Source: a bacterium
GTDB taxonomy: Bacteria > Hydrothermota > 32-111
Direction: 5' to 3'
DNA length: 64,000 nucleotides
Assembly: GCA_050239825.1 (NCBI GenBank)
Contig: JBFXGO010000006.1
Location: forward strand, 1-64,000
The notes below the pieces were generated by a model. The model searched no databases. It was given only the letters and a program-made list of their open reading frames with translations, and was not told where the DNA came from. This document shows positions 29,443 through 39,206 of the stretch, piece by piece (position 1 is the stretch's first letter; the number at the start of each line of letters is the position of its first letter). Both the position numbers and the translations under genes were made by a program.

Positions 29443-30767
29443 TTTTCCTCCTCTATGCCTGTTACTTTGGAGCTGAATGACCCGTCCTTCAATTTTATCT
29501 TTACCGAATCTCCCGAATTAACCATCGATTTGCTTGTAATAACCTTGTTTTCATTTGAATAAACAAGGGCATAACCTCTCCTGATAACATTTGTCGGGTT
29601 TAATGCCTCCATGGAGTGGGTTGATGAGTTCAAGCGTGATTTTGTTTCATTTAGCAGATTGTTCAAGCCGTTTTTCATGTATGACCTATATGAGGATATG
29701 ATAGAGAGCCGTCTCTCAAGCTCTCTCTCCGGATTCATCCTTTCAATTGATATTGTGCTTTCCGATATGAAGTTTTTTATTTTTTTTAATTTTGAATCTA
29801 AAATGTCGCTCATCTCTTTTTCCATGAATGATATCAAGTCCCTTTTTCTGCTTATCGGCGCGAGAGCGGAGATGTAAAAGCTCTGTTTCAGATTGGTTAT
29901 CTCCTTCCTGACTCTCTCTCTCTGCAGTTTTACTGCTTCAGCGAGCATTCTTTGCGAATCCGACAGGAAGAGGGATATTTCCCTGACATCCTTTGAAGCT
30001 ATTTCTGCGGCGGCGGAAGGAGTGGGCGCTCTTACGGAAGCAGTGAAGTCTGCAATAGTGAAATCGGTTTCATGACCCACGGCCGAAATCACAGGTATTT
30101 TCGATTTGAATATGGAATATGCCAGTTGTTCGCTATTGAAAGGCCAGAGGTCCTCTATGGAACCTCCGCCCCTTGCTATGATTATCAGATCCACTCTGTG
30201 TTTGTTGAAATATTCAATTCCCGCTGACAGCTGCGCCGCGGCATTCTCTCCCTGAACTGAAGCAGGATAGAGCAGTTTTTTCACATAAGGAGCCCTTCTG
30301 TTTAAAACATTTTCAATGTCCTGAATCACCGAGCCGGTCGGACTTGTTATGATGCCTATCGACAGAGGATATAAAGGGAGCTTCTTTTTTTTATTCGCAT
30401 CAAAGAGCCCTTCTTTTTCAAGTTTTTCTTTTATTTTGAGGAACTGAGCATACAATTCTCCCTGTCCTGAAATTTCCATCGAACGGACTATTATCTGGTA
30501 TGAACCCTGAGGCTCATAAAGGGAGATGTGTCCTGTCAGTATCACCTTTTCTCCATCTCTGAATTCTCTCTTCAGCTGAGTTGACTTCCAAACTGCGCAT
30601 TTTATAAGAGCCGTCTCATCTTTAAGGGAGAAGTATGTATGTCCGCTGCTGCTTCTGACCCAATTTGAAATCTCCCCCGTAACTTTTAAAGTCGAGGGAA
30701 GGGAGGTTTCAAGAGTCTTTTTTATCTCTCTTGTTAGCTGTGTAACGGTCAAAATATTTTCAGGCAT
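29439..30767 (-). CDS. xseA: Exodeoxyribonuclease VII large subunit
   Basis: GEISN..SGHTYFSLKD, RGGGSIEDLW, VGHETD, PTPSAAAE. Confidence 0.96.
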   Translation of the reverse strand: MPENILTVTQLTREIKKTLETSLPSTLKVTGEISNWVRSSSGHTYFSLKDETALIKCAVWKSTQLKREFRDGEKVILTGHISLYEPQGSYQIIVRSMEISGQGELYAQFLKIKEKLEKEGLFDANKKKKLPLYPLSIGIITSPTGSVIQDIENVLNRRAPYVKKLLYPASVQGENAAAQLSAGIEYFNKHRVDLIIIARGGGSIEDLWPFNSEQLAYSIFKSKIPVISAVGHETDFTIADFTASVRAPTPSAAAEIASKDVREISLFLSDSQRMLAEAVKLQRERVRKEITNLKQSFYISALAPISRKRDLISFMEKEMSDILDSKLKKIKNFISESTISIERMNPERELERRLSIISSYRSYMKNGLNNLLNETKSRLNSSTHSMEALNPTNVIRRGYALVYSNENKVITSKSMVNSGDSVKIKLKDGSFSSKVTGIEEEK

Positions 30768-31593
30768 AATTTTTTTTCAGCTTGATTAAATTCTCAAAAA
30801 GAGTAGCAACGGTCACAGGGCCTACGCCTCCCGGAACAGGAGTGTATGCCGAAGATAATTCGTAGCACTCTTTATCTATATCGCCTGTCAAACTTCCGTT
30901 ATAGTAATTGATGCCGACATCTATCAGAACCGGCGAGTTTGAACCTATGTATGACCTCTTTAAGAAATTCGCTTTTCCGATTGCGGCAATGATAATATCG
31001 GCTCTCCTCGTCTCCTCTTCAGGATTTATGCTCTTTGAGTGAAGAACAGTCACAGTGGCATTCCCAGTCTGTTTTGACAGCAGAAGCATGGAGAGGGGTT
31101 TCCCGACTATCTCCGACCTGCCTATTATTACTGCGTGTTTGCCTTCATAATCTATTCCTGCGCGCCTGAGAATGTTTATAACCGCCATTGCCGTAGAGGG
31201 CGCGATTATGAAATCATCCGTTATGAGTCGCCCGTTGTTTTGAAAGCTGAGGCAATCTATGTCTTTGGAAGGGGATATTTTTGCAGCTGCTTTTTTAATG
31301 TTCAGATGAGCTGGAAGGGGCTTCTCAACTATGATTCCGTCTATTGAAGAATCTGAAGAGAGTTCGTCAATCCTTGAAAGGAAATCATCCTCTGAAACAT
31401 TTGAATCCATGTTCACGAGTGTTATCTTTATTCCGAATTTTTCGCCCTTCTTTATTTTTGACTTTATGTATGAAATTGTGGAAGGGTCGCTACCCGCATA
31501 TAAAGCCGCTATTGAAGGCTTTATCCTGTCAATATCCGGCTTCAGCTCTTCAAGCATCAGATTTGATATTTCATTTCCGTCAATCTTTCGCAT
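30760..31593 (-). CDS. folD: Methylene-THF dehydrogenase/cyclohydrolase
   Basis: YIKSK, GRSEIVGKP, DVGIN, TPVPGGVGP. Confidence 0.92.
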   Translation of the reverse strand: MRKIDGNEISNLMLEELKPDIDRIKPSIAALYAGSDPSTISYIKSKIKKGEKFGIKITLVNMDSNVSEDDFLSRIDELSSDSSIDGIIVEKPLPAHLNIKKAAAKISPSKDIDCLSFQNNGRLITDDFIIAPSTAMAVINILRRAGIDYEGKHAVIIGRSEIVGKPLSMLLLSKQTGNATVTVLHSKSINPEEETRRADIIIAAIGKANFLKRSYIGSNSPVLIDVGINYYNGSLTGDIDKECYELSSAYTPVPGGVGPVTVATLFENLIKLKKNYA

Positions 31594-32365
31594 ATTTGAA
31601 AATCCTCTCTATCGAGACTGCTTCACCTGTTTCAGCATTCACTTCAAAAAAGAGTGCGTTGACCGCGGTCATCTCTTTCGCAACCTCAAATCTCTGCGAA
31701 ACCTGAAGCAATGTGCGCCGTATGGCTCCCTCAGGTTCAAATCCGATTATAGAATCTATGCTTCCTGTAAGACCCACATCAGTTATGAATGCGGTCTTGT
31801 TCTTTAAAATTCTCTCATCAGCAGTCTGGCAGTGAGTATGGGTTCCTATAACGGCGCTGACTCTGCCGTCAAGATAGTATGCAAAGGCTTGTTTCTCTGC
31901 AGTTGCCTCCGCGTGGAAATCAGCTATAATGACCTTTGCTTCAATCTTCTCAAGAAGTTCATCCATCTTTCTGAAGGGGCAGTCAAGAGGCTGCATAAAG
32001 ATTCTGCCGCACAGATTTGTCACGCACACATCCACATTCTTTATTTTGTAAATGTAAAATCCTCTTCCGGGAAGAGACGGATGATAGTTCATAGGCCGAA
32101 GTATTCTTTCATCCTTTAGAAGCTCTGAAAATTCCTTATTGTCCCAAATATGATTTCCGCTTGTCAAAACATCAACCCCCGACGCAAATACTGCATCGAC
32201 GGTTGATTTTGTCATGCCGAATCCCCCGGCAAGATTCTCGCCGTTGGCTATTATCATGTCAGGGGAATATTTTTCCTTCAAATCCTTCATCTCTCTTGCA
32301 AGGGCGTTTCTGCCTGCCTTGCCGATGATATCGCCTATGAAGAGGAATGAGAGTTTATTTAGCAT
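31580..32365 (-). CDS. ymdB: YmdB/TIGR00282 metallophosphoesterase
   Basis: GDIIG, NGEN, GNH, DFHAEAT, GTHTH; follows rny. Confidence 0.92.
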   Translation of the reverse strand: MLNKLSFLFIGDIIGKAGRNALAREMKDLKEKYSPDMIIANGENLAGGFGMTKSTVDAVFASGVDVLTSGNHIWDNKEFSELLKDERILRPMNYHPSLPGRGFYIYKIKNVDVCVTNLCGRIFMQPLDCPFRKMDELLEKIEAKVIIADFHAEATAEKQAFAYYLDGRVSAVIGTHTHCQTADERILKNKTAFITDVGLTGSIDSIIGFEPEGAIRRTLLQVSQRFEVAKEMTAVNALFFEVNAETGEAVSIERIFKYAKD

Positions 32366-33932
32366 AGTCTATAGACCTTGTCTCTCTTATTACGGTTACC
32401 TTTATCTGGCCCGGGTATTTAAGCTCCTGTTCTATTTTTCTTGCTATCTGTTGCGAGAGTTCGTCCGCTTCGGCGTCAGAAATCTGCTCCGGAACGGCTA
32501 TAACCCTTATCTCTCTTCCTGCCTGTATTGCGTAGGCCTTTTCGACGCCGTTGAATCCATTGGCTATCTCTTCAAGGTTCTCAAGCCTCTCGATGTACGC
32601 TTCAAGAGTCTCTCTTCTCGCACCGGGTCTTGCACCTGAAATGGAGTCAGCCGCCGCTACAAGAATGGATACAAGAGTCTCTGCCTGTACATCTTCATGA
32701 TGACTTTCAATTGAATTTATTACGATCTCATTCTCTCCGTATTTCTTGGCTATTTCAGCGCCTATTTTCGTGTGCGTTCCCTCAAAATTCTGATCAACCG
32801 CCTTTCCTATATCATGCAGGAGTCCTGCTCTCTTGGCAAGATGCGCATTGTCTATTTCAAGTTCGTCGGCCATCATTTGGGCGAGGTATGCAACCTCTTT
32901 TGAGTGCTGGAGAACATTCTGCCCGTAGCTGGTGCGGTATTTCAAACGACCGAGCATCTTGACTATTTCAGGATGCATATTCGGAATGTTCAATTCAACG
33001 AGAGTATCCTCTCCTATATTCTTTATAGTCTCTTCCATCTGCTCCTGCGTCTTCTTGACTACTTCTTCGATTCTTGTCGGATGTATTCTGCCGTCGGAAA
33101 CAAGTTTTGAAAGAGCAAGACGGGCTATCTCTCTTCTTATGGGGTCAAATCCTGAAATTGTGACAGCATCCGGAGTGTCGTCGATTATCACTTCGACTCC
33201 GGTTGCATTTTCAAATGTGCGTATGTTGCGCCCCTCTCTTCCGATAATTCTTCCCTTCATTTCATCTGAAGGCAGAGAGACTACCGAGACGGTGGATTCC
33301 ACAACATGGTCTGTGGCTGAACGTTGAATAGCCATCGTCACTATCTCTTTTGCCTCTTTTGACGCCTTCTGAAGAGCGTCTTCCTTCATCTGCTTTATCA
33401 TGTTTGCCGCAGACAGCTTCGCCTCAGTTTCAAGGTTGAGCATTAAAATCTTCAATGCTTCGTCCTTTGAAAGCTGAGCCATCTGTTCAAGTTTGGCATT
33501 CTGGTCCTCAATGAGTTTTGTCAGACGGTCATTCTTCGCCTTGATTGTTTTTTCTTTCAAAAGAAGCTCTCTCTCTCTCTGAAGAAGCGAGGTCTCCTTT
33601 TTTCTGACCATATCATTCTTCTTCTCAAGGTTCTTCTCTTTTTCTTCGTATGCCTGTTCGGAATTCCTCAGTTCGCTTCTTCTGTCGCGCACCTGCTTTT
33701 CGAACTGCTCCTGCTTCTTTGCTATCTCTTCCTTTGTCTCCAAGAGAGATACGCGTTTTAATGCTTCCGCCTCCCTCTTAGCCTCGTCCAGAAGCTTTCC
33801 AGACCTTTCATCGGCCTCCTTCAGCTTTGCGCCTACGGATTTTTTAGCAAGGGCGTATCCAATGATATACCCGAGAATGCCGAGAAGTATGGTCGACAGG
33901 ACTGCTATAAGTGTCCAAATCTGTGCATTCAT
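32355..33932 (-). CDS. rny: Ribonuclease Y
   Basis: TM anchor, coiled coil, KH (GRIIGREGRNI), HD (LHDIGK); start at ATG 33932 after AAGGAG. Confidence 0.97.
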   Translation of the reverse strand: MNAQIWTLIAVLSTILLGILGYIIGYALAKKSVGAKLKEADERSGKLLDEAKREAEALKRVSLLETKEEIAKKQEQFEKQVRDRRSELRNSEQAYEEKEKNLEKKNDMVRKKETSLLQRERELLLKEKTIKAKNDRLTKLIEDQNAKLEQMAQLSKDEALKILMLNLETEAKLSAANMIKQMKEDALQKASKEAKEIVTMAIQRSATDHVVESTVSVVSLPSDEMKGRIIGREGRNIRTFENATGVEVIIDDTPDAVTISGFDPIRREIARLALSKLVSDGRIHPTRIEEVVKKTQEQMEETIKNIGEDTLVELNIPNMHPEIVKMLGRLKYRTSYGQNVLQHSKEVAYLAQMMADELEIDNAHLAKRAGLLHDIGKAVDQNFEGTHTKIGAEIAKKYGENEIVINSIESHHEDVQAETLVSILVAAADSISGARPGARRETLEAYIERLENLEEIANGFNGVEKAYAIQAGREIRVIAVPEQISDAEADELSQQIARKIEQELKYPGQIKVTVIRETRSIDYAK

Positions 33933-33951
33933 ACAATCTCCTTCAAAAAAA

Positions 33952-34122
33952 ATCCCCGCACACACCGTGTGAAAGATTTGCTTGAGCCCTTAAAGTAAAG
34001 TGGGAGTCTGTCGCCTTTGTTCTGTTACCCTAAAAAGGATTCCAATTAAAGAGGCGAACCGTCAACTCCCTTGATTAAGGTGTTGGTTCAGCAAACGCCG
34101 TCATCACGAATGCCGCAGGGAT
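33952..34122 (-). ncRNA. ssrS: 6S RNA
   Basis: ~170-nt rod: 5' TCCCTGCGGCATTCGTGA pairs with 3' TCACACGGTGTGTGCGGGGA; internal GGGAGT/ACTCCC helix; central bubble; classic zapA-6S-rny position. Confidence 0.85.
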
Positions 34123-34129
34123 GTATAAA

Positions 34130-34402
34130 CTATTTTATCTTATCAAGAATATCGCTCAGACGCTTCTCCATTTCCTTGTACTGCTTCTCAAGGGTAAGGT
34201 ACTTGTCTACAACATTCATCGCCGCAATCACGGCAATTTTTTCGTACCTCTCTGCGCCCGCGTTTCTTGCAATGTTCTTCATTTCATCGGATAGATGTCT
34301 GGCAATGTTTTTCGTGTATTCCTCATCCATGTCCGTCTGGATGAAAAAATCCTTTCCGAAGATATGTAATGTGACCTCTTTTATTTCCTTTTTCTCTTCC
34401 AT
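34130..34402 (-). CDS. zapA: Cell division protein ZapA
   Basis: VTLHIFGKDF, KIAVIAAMN; synteny. Confidence 0.88.
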   Translation of the reverse strand: MEEKKEIKEVTLHIFGKDFFIQTDMDEEYTKNIARHLSDEMKNIARNAGAERYEKIAVIAAMNVVDKYLTLEKQYKEMEKRLSDILDKIK

Positions 34403-34422
34403 AGTTTAAACATCCCGAAAAA

Positions 34423-34605
34423 TCAAAGATCCTTAACTTTTACGAGAAGTTCTTCCAGTTTTTTTATCGCAGTTTCGTCATTCTTTTCTTTGGTGGATAT
34501 GGCTTTCTTGAGCTCCGAGTTTTCAGATTCAAGCTTCTCTATACGGTTTTTCAATTCAGTTACATATTGATTCAATTTTTCCAGCTTTTCAAGTATATCT
34601 GCCAT
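34423..34605 (-). CDS. ZapB-like coiled-coil protein
   Basis: 60-aa heptad coil upstream of zapA; SD GGAGG. Confidence 0.65.
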   Translation of the reverse strand: MADILEKLEKLNQYVTELKNRIEKLESENSELKKAISTKEKNDETAIKKLEELLVKVKDL

Positions 34606-34629
34606 AATACCTCCACTCTTAATAGTAAA

Positions 34630-35310
34630 TCATTTTTGCAAATTGTCAAGATTCAGATACTTTCTGAAGTTCTCGGGGAGTTCGCTCCCGGCTACAACTC
34701 TTTCCGCATCTGATGTGAACATCGACACAGCGCCCTTGTTGCCGTAATTATATACCTGCATGTGTTCGCCGTTGACGAACATCTTAGCAATGTTGAATAT
34801 GGGTATGTCGGCGCAGTAAAGAATTGTGTCTTCATTTACCGATGTGATGAAGACATTGTACTGCCTATTATTCAATATGATTGTCTTCCAATCTGTTGTG
34901 TCAATCTGCTCCGCCCACATAAAGAGGTTGGAAATAGGTGACTCAAAGATGAAGTTGCCACTCTGAGGAATGAATTTGAATGGAATCTCCGAATTGAACT
35001 GCACAACAAATGTGTCAATGAGGTAGTTTTTTTCAAGTTTGTGAAATGTTTTAACCTTGAGCGTCTCCTCAGATGATACATAATCCGTCTCAAGAAGCAT
35101 TCCTTCGGAATTCAGATTGAGAATGGAAAACTTTACATGGAATGAATCATACGGGGTAGAATCTTTTACATACTCCACATATTGCCCTCTAAGAAGAGGC
35201 ATTGGAGTGAAAGACAGCCCTCCGCGGTTTGAATCAAAACAGCCGGAAAGAGCCGCGAGAAGAAACAGGCTATACAGTCCTGCTGATTTCAACAAGCTGT
35301 TTGAATGCAT
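34630..35310 (-). CDS. Hypothetical lipoprotein
   Basis: Signal peptide with lipobox LSGC; overlaps rplT by 41 nt. Confidence 0.6.
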   Translation of the reverse strand: MHSNSLLKSAGLYSLFLLAALSGCFDSNRGGLSFTPMPLLRGQYVEYVKDSTPYDSFHVKFSILNLNSEGMLLETDYVSSEETLKVKTFHKLEKNYLIDTFVVQFNSEIPFKFIPQSGNFIFESPISNLFMWAEQIDTTDWKTIILNNRQYNVFITSVNEDTILYCADIPIFNIAKMFVNGEHMQVYNYGNKGAVSMFTSDAERVVAGSELPENFRKYLNLDNLQK

Positions 35311-35620
35311 CTGGCTGATGTATAGCTATTTCTGAAAGCTGTTTTCTGTCAAGAAGAACATTTGCCTTCTTGAGACCATTGATGAACTTTGAGTATGATA
35401 TGTCATGCTCTCTGCATGCTATATTTATTCTTGTTATCCACAGAGACCTGTACTCGCTCTTATTCTTCTTTCTGTCTCTAAAAGCGTAAACGAGCGCTTT
35501 AGTTGCTGCGGAGCGGGCTGATTTATAACAATTGGATTTTTTCCCGAATGAGCCTTTTGCCCTTTCAATCCATTTTTTTCTCTTTGCCCTTGTCTGCACT
35601 GAACCTTTAACTCTTGGCAT
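35270..35620 (-). CDS. rplT: 50S ribosomal protein L20
   Basis: MPRVK, YAFRDRK, LWITRIN, SYSKFINGL. Confidence 0.98.
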   Translation of the reverse strand: MPRVKGSVQTRAKRKKWIERAKGSFGKKSNCYKSARSAATKALVYAFRDRKKNKSEYRSLWITRINIACREHDISYSKFINGLKKANVLLDRKQLSEIAIHQPDAFKQLVEISRTV

Positions 35621-35632
35621 AGTTCCTCCTAT

Positions 35633-35827
35633 TTATGCTTGAAGCAATTCTTTAATTGTCTTGCTCTGTGTATCGCTCACAAGGCCTGATTTTCTCAGTT
35701 TTCTCTTTCTCTTATGAGTCTTTGAGGTCAGAATGTGCGATTTATACGCTTTTGCTCTCTTGACCTTTCCTGTGCCTGTAAGTTTAAATCTCTTCGCTGC
35801 TGTCTTCTTCGTCTTGCGTTTTGGCAT
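35633..35827 (-). CDS. rpmI: 50S ribosomal protein L35
   Basis: [17 protein letters not shown]. Confidence 0.97.
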   Translation of the reverse strand: MPKRKTKKTAAKRFKLTGTGKVKRAKAYKSHILTSKTHKRKRKLRKSGLVSDTQSKTIKELLQA

Positions 35828-36377
35828 TTGTGCCCTCCTCGTTATTTGTCTTTTTTCTTGATGCGCCTTTTACGAAGGTGAATATTTGGAATATCCTTTT
35901 TCCTTCAATTTTGGCTTCAGTGTCCGGAGCGGCCACGTCGCTCAGGTTTTCCTTTATGTCACTGAGGATTTTCATTCCATCCTCTGCATGCTGACTTTCG
36001 CGGCCCCTAAATTTTATTACGAACTTGACCTTGTGTTTCATCTCAAAGAACTTGCGCGCCTGATTCAGCTTTATCTCAAGGTCATGAACGAAGATATTCG
36101 GTCTTATTTGTATCTCCTTTAATTCCGTCTGGTGCTGCTTCTTTTTGGCTGTCTTTTCCTTCTTTGTCATCTCGTACATATACTTGCCGAAGTCCATGAT
36201 TCTTGCTACCGGAGGAACGGCATTCGGAGCTATTTCCACCAAGTCAAGCTGAGCCTCCTGAGCCATCCTCAAAGCTACATCCGAACTCACAACTCCGAGC
36301 TGATTTCCTTCTTCGCCTAGAAGCCTCACTTCGCGGGCTCTTATCTGATTGTTGATGCGCACACTCTTAGCGTTGAT
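35784..36377 (-). CDS. infC: Translation initiation factor IF-3, AUC start
   Basis: [32 protein letters not shown], 7 nt, then in-frame ATC at 36377. Confidence 0.95.
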   Translation of the reverse strand: MNAKSVRINNQIRAREVRLLGEEGNQLGVVSSDVALRMAQEAQLDLVEIAPNAVPPVARIMDFGKYMYEMTKKEKTAKKKQHQTELKEIQIRPNIFVHDLEIKLNQARKFFEMKHKVKFVIKFRGRESQHAEDGMKILSDIKENLSDVAAPDTEAKIEGKRIFQIFTFVKGASRKKTNNEEGTNAKTQDEEDSSEEI

Positions 36378-36391
36378 GGGTACACCTCCTG

Positions 36392-36485
36392 TAAAAATAA
36401 AAAAAGTGGCATAAACCACCATACTTCTCTTTAGATTTAGCCTCTTTGCTTACGCTAAAGGCGAGAAGCGGCAGTCTGCTTCTTC
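36392..36485 (-). promoter_or_regulatory. L20-leader-like ribosomal protein attenuator
   Basis: AGAAGCAGACTGCCGCTTCTC...GAGAAGT helix, then GTGGTTTATGCCAC hairpin and U-tract, directly upstream of infC-rpmI-rplT. Confidence 0.75.
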
Positions 36486-38444
36486 TTAATTTATGAGCGT
36501 ATCATTGAAGAGCTTCAAAAAGTCTTCAACGCTCATAGAACCTATGTCACCTTCGCCCTTCTTTCTTAAACTCAATCGTCTCTCATCCTTCTCTTTTTTG
36601 CCGAGGATGAGCATAAAGGGCGTCTGGTTATTCTCCGCTTCGCGGATTTTGTATCCGATCTTTTCATTTCTAAAATCTTCGGTTACACGGATTTTATTAT
36701 CCTTCAATATTTTACATATTTCTTTGGAATAGTCAACAGTCTCGTCAGTCACGCTCAGCACAGTGACCTGAACCGGCGCAAGCCACAGGGGGAATTTGCC
36801 CGCATAATGTTCGATGAGGCCGCCTATGAATCTCTCCAATGACCCCAAGAGCGCTCTGTGAACCATATAAACATAATGCTCTTTGTTATCCTCTCCCACA
36901 TAGGTAACATTGAATCTTCTCGGAAGATTGAAATCAAACTGAACCGTGGGACCCTGCCATTTTCTGCCGAGCGCGTCTTCAAGCTTTATGTCAATTTTCG
37001 GTCCGTAGAAAACGGCCTCTCCCGGCATCTCTATATAAGGTATATTCTTCTTAATAAGGATATTCTTAAGAACATTCTGAGCTGTTTCCCATTCCTCTGG
37101 AGTACCGGCATATTTCGCGGGATTTTTCGGGTCGCGCATTGAAAGCTCTACAGAGTATTTTTCATAACCGAACTTTTTTATCATGAATATTGCAAAATCA
37201 TAAACCTTCTCCACCTCTTCCGGCAGCTGTTCGGGTGTGCAGAAGACATGGCCGTCATCCTGAGTGAATCCACGCACTCTAAGAAGACCGTGAAGAGCTC
37301 CGCTCCTCTCATATCTGTAAACTGTGCCCAGCTCTGCATATTTTATGGGAAGGTCTCTGTAGGAATGAATCTTTGTTTTGTAAATCATCACATGACCGGG
37401 GCAGTTCATCGGCTTCAAAACATACTCTTCCTCATCAATTTTGAAAATATACATATTCTCTTTATAGAAATCATAGTGTCCGCTCGTCTTCCAAAGCTCA
37501 GCCCGTGCTATATGAGGCGTTAGGACAAGGTCGTATCCTCTGTTAATGTGTTCATCCTTCCAGAATCTCTCGATGGTGTCGCGTATAATGCCCCCGTGAG
37601 GGTGCCAGTAAACGAGGCCGGAGCCGGTCTCTTCAAAGATTGAGAATATCTCCAGTTTTTTCCCAAGTATTCTGTGGTCGCGTTTTTTCGCCTCTTCTAT
37701 TTTGTCCGTGTACTCTTTGAGCATCTGCTTGTCTGGGAATGAAATTCCGTATATTCTCGCAAGCATCTCTCTCTTCTCGTCTCCGCGCCAGTAAGCGCCT
37801 GCAAGGGAGAGCAGTTTAAATGACTTTATGTATCCAGTCGAAGGTATATGTGGTCCGCGGCACATATCAAAAAATTCAACATTGAATTTTTTTGATATGT
37901 TTGTATATATGGAGAATTGCTTCTCATCTTTATACTGCTCAATAATTTCAATTTTGTATTTTTCTTTGGATGAATTGTACTTAGAAAGAATCTCTTCCCG
38001 GGTCATTGAAGATTTGACAAAAGGTATGTTCTCTTCGATGAGATCCTTCATGATATTTTCTATCTCTCTCAGATTATCTTCTTTGAGTTCAACGCCGCAG
38101 AGGTCAAAATCATAGTAGAATCCGCTGTCAATTGAGGGACCGATTGCGAGCTTCACATTCTCTTCGGAAGAGTGGTTTTTCAAAAAATAAATCTTTACAG
38201 CCATTGCAAGAATATGGGAAGTTGAGTGCCAATAGGCGTCGCGCCCTTTTTCCGAATAAAAATCATGCAGAATTATGTTTGAATTATCTTTTACTTCAAA
38301 GGTCTTTATATCATAAAAAGAATTATTCTCCTCAACTATGAGGAACTTCTTTCCGGAGAATTCTTTCTGCTCCTTGATGTAATCAAAGAGCTTTGTGTTC
38401 TCTCTGTAATCCGTCTGAATATTGTTTATCTTAATCATATTCAT
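36486..38444 (-). CDS. thrS: Threonine--tRNA ligase
   Basis: HSTSH and DMCRGPH editing motifs, KPMNCPGH, FYGPKID, GSLERF. Confidence 0.98.
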   Translation of the reverse strand: MNMIKINNIQTDYRENTKLFDYIKEQKEFSGKKFLIVEENNSFYDIKTFEVKDNSNIILHDFYSEKGRDAYWHSTSHILAMAVKIYFLKNHSSEENVKLAIGPSIDSGFYYDFDLCGVELKEDNLREIENIMKDLIEENIPFVKSSMTREEILSKYNSSKEKYKIEIIEQYKDEKQFSIYTNISKKFNVEFFDMCRGPHIPSTGYIKSFKLLSLAGAYWRGDEKREMLARIYGISFPDKQMLKEYTDKIEEAKKRDHRILGKKLEIFSIFEETGSGLVYWHPHGGIIRDTIERFWKDEHINRGYDLVLTPHIARAELWKTSGHYDFYKENMYIFKIDEEEYVLKPMNCPGHVMIYKTKIHSYRDLPIKYAELGTVYRYERSGALHGLLRVRGFTQDDGHVFCTPEQLPEEVEKVYDFAIFMIKKFGYEKYSVELSMRDPKNPAKYAGTPEEWETAQNVLKNILIKKNIPYIEMPGEAVFYGPKIDIKLEDALGRKWQGPTVQFDFNLPRRFNVTYVGEDNKEHYVYMVHRALLGSLERFIGGLIEHYAGKFPLWLAPVQVTVLSVTDETVDYSKEICKILKDNKIRVTEDFRNEKIGYKIREAENNQTPFMLILGKKEKDERRLSLRKKGEGDIGSMSVEDFLKLFNDTLIN

Positions 38445-38448
38445 TAAA

Positions 38449-38525
38449 TGGTGGGCGGTACTGGATTCGAACCAGTGACCCCCTGCATGTCAAGCAGGTA
38501 CTCTAACCAACTGAGCTAACCGCCC
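38449..38525 (-). tRNA. tRNA-Val(GAC), CCA encoded
   Basis: GGGCGGTTAGCTCAG...CCTGC-TTGACAT-GCAGG...GGTTCGAATCC...CCGCCCACCA. Confidence 0.96.
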
Positions 38526-38531
38526 GTAAAA

Positions 38532-38603
38532 CGTCTCCAACGGGAGTCGAACCCGTGTCGCAGCCTTGAAAGGGCTGTGTCCTGACCACTGGACGATGGA
38601 GAC
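38532..38603 (-). tRNA. tRNA-Glu(TTC), no encoded CCA
   Basis: GTCTCCATCGTCCAGTGG...CAGCC-CTTTCAA-GGCTG...GGTTCGACTCC...TGGAGACG. Confidence 0.95.
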
Positions 38604-38605
38604 AG

Positions 38606-39094
38606 CTATTTTTTGTGCGTTTTGAAATAAAGATGTCTGAACTGTTCATTTTCAACGAGAGCATCATTGATAAGAAACCAGTTTTCGACCTCTTTATTTG
38701 TCGTAGCAATTCGCTCTGCGAGAACCTCGGAAAGATTCAGAAGAAACTTTGCCGCAAGGTCGCCGGAGCGTTCTATGATTGCCGCTATGTCGGAGCGAGT
38801 GAGTACAAAAAGTGAAACATTGTCCATCGCCTGCAGAGTAGCGGACCGCGTATTGTTTCTCAGAATGCCCATCTCTCCGAAAAAATCTCCGGAAGTGAGC
38901 TTGGCGAGAGAAATACGCTTCTCCTTTCTTTCGATGAAAACCTCTACTTCTCCTTTTTCTATGAGGTACATTTCATTGCCCTCCTCTCCCTCTTTAAAAA
39001 TGAAGGAGGATGGAGAGTAATGTCTTGTCTCCATAAAGGAGAGTATTTTTTTTGCTTCATCGCCAGACAAATCTGTAAAGAGCCGAGATTCCAT
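38606..39094 (-). CDS. Stand-alone cyclic-nucleotide-binding domain protein (no HTH)
   Basis: IFKEGEEG..MYLIEKGEV, FFGEMG..RSAT; true start ATG 39094 after GAGGAG. Confidence 0.85.
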   Translation of the reverse strand: MESRLFTDLSGDEAKKILSFMETRHYSPSSFIFKEGEEGNEMYLIEKGEVEVFIERKEKRISLAKLTSGDFFGEMGILRNNTRSATLQAMDNVSLFVLTRSDIAAIIERSGDLAAKFLLNLSEVLAERIATTNKEVENWFLINDALVENEQFRHLYFKTHKK

Positions 39095-39114
39095 ACATCT
39101 CCTCTTTTTAGTTA

Positions 39115-39187
39115 TGAGCCGTACTGGATTCGAACCAGTGACCCTCTCATTAAAAATGAGATGCTCTGCCAACTGAGCTAACGGCCC
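39115..39187 (-). tRNA. tRNA-Lys(TTT), no encoded CCA
   Basis: GGGCCGTTAGCTCAG...TCTCA-TTTTTAA-TGAGA...GGTTCGAATCC...CGGCTCA. Confidence 0.95.
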
Positions 39188-39206
39188 AATAAATAATGAA
39201 TTTATT

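Noticed and set aside
34071..34409. + strand 112-aa ORF
   Set aside because: Antisense to zapA and the 6S RNA.
38458..39144. 24-bp direct repeat (38458-38481 and 39121-39144) as att sites
   Set aside because: Both copies are T-arm regions of complete tRNAs (Val and Lys), and there is no integrase.
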